Shown: positions 63,950 through 64,000 of the stretch, in pieces
How the letters are laid out: each line of letters starts with the position of its first letter
Position numbering within the stretch: position 1 is the stretch's first letter
Assembly: GCF_018350175.1 (NCBI RefSeq)
Contig: NC_058368.1
Location: forward strand, 33,296,001-33,360,000
From: Felis catus
Lineage: Eukaryota
Length of the DNA: 64,000 bases
Reading direction: 5' to 3'
Made by a program: the position numbers and the translations under genes
The notes under the pieces: generated by a model
Seen by the model: the letters and a program-made list of their open reading frames with translations, nothing else
Database searches by the model: none
Told to the model about the DNA's origin: nothing

Positions 63950-64000
63950 TATTTACACTATTTAAAAGGGATTCTCTCCTCTTTGAAAAAACTCATACAC

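Noticed and set aside
1..64000. A novel multi-gene system, operon or CRISPR array
   Set aside because: This is eukaryotic repeat-rich DNA. There is no repeat-spacer array and no intact long ORF. The 209-700 array has microsatellite spacers, not unique ones.

Overview
This is AT-rich, CpG-depleted mammalian DNA. About 31 tRNA-derived CanSINEs (SINEC_Fc-type) and a felid-type L1 point to a cat-family (Felidae) genome. I recognise no host protein-coding gene, RNA gene or CRISPR array; the window reads as intergenic or deep-intronic. Main content: (1) one full-length but inactivated L1 (~41.5-47.4 kb, minus strand); (2) three 5'-inverted (twin-primed) L1 copies and many older L1, L2 and MIR fragments; (3) a MER20 DNA transposon and several solo LTRs; (4) an ERV-L remnant with a dUTPase fossil, whose MLT2 LTR carries a two-level LTR nest; (5) a probable degraded ERV1 internal region at ~56-63.5 kb; (6) many microsatellites. 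Nearly all ORF-track entries are repeat-derived or noise. The most interesting unexplained signal is speculative: a chain of minus-strand micro-exon candidates (43, 16 and 28 nt) downstream of a co-oriented solo LTR, which would splice into a 43-44 codon ORF. Repeat family names come from my recall of consensus sequences, not from a database search, and boundaries of old repeats are approximate.
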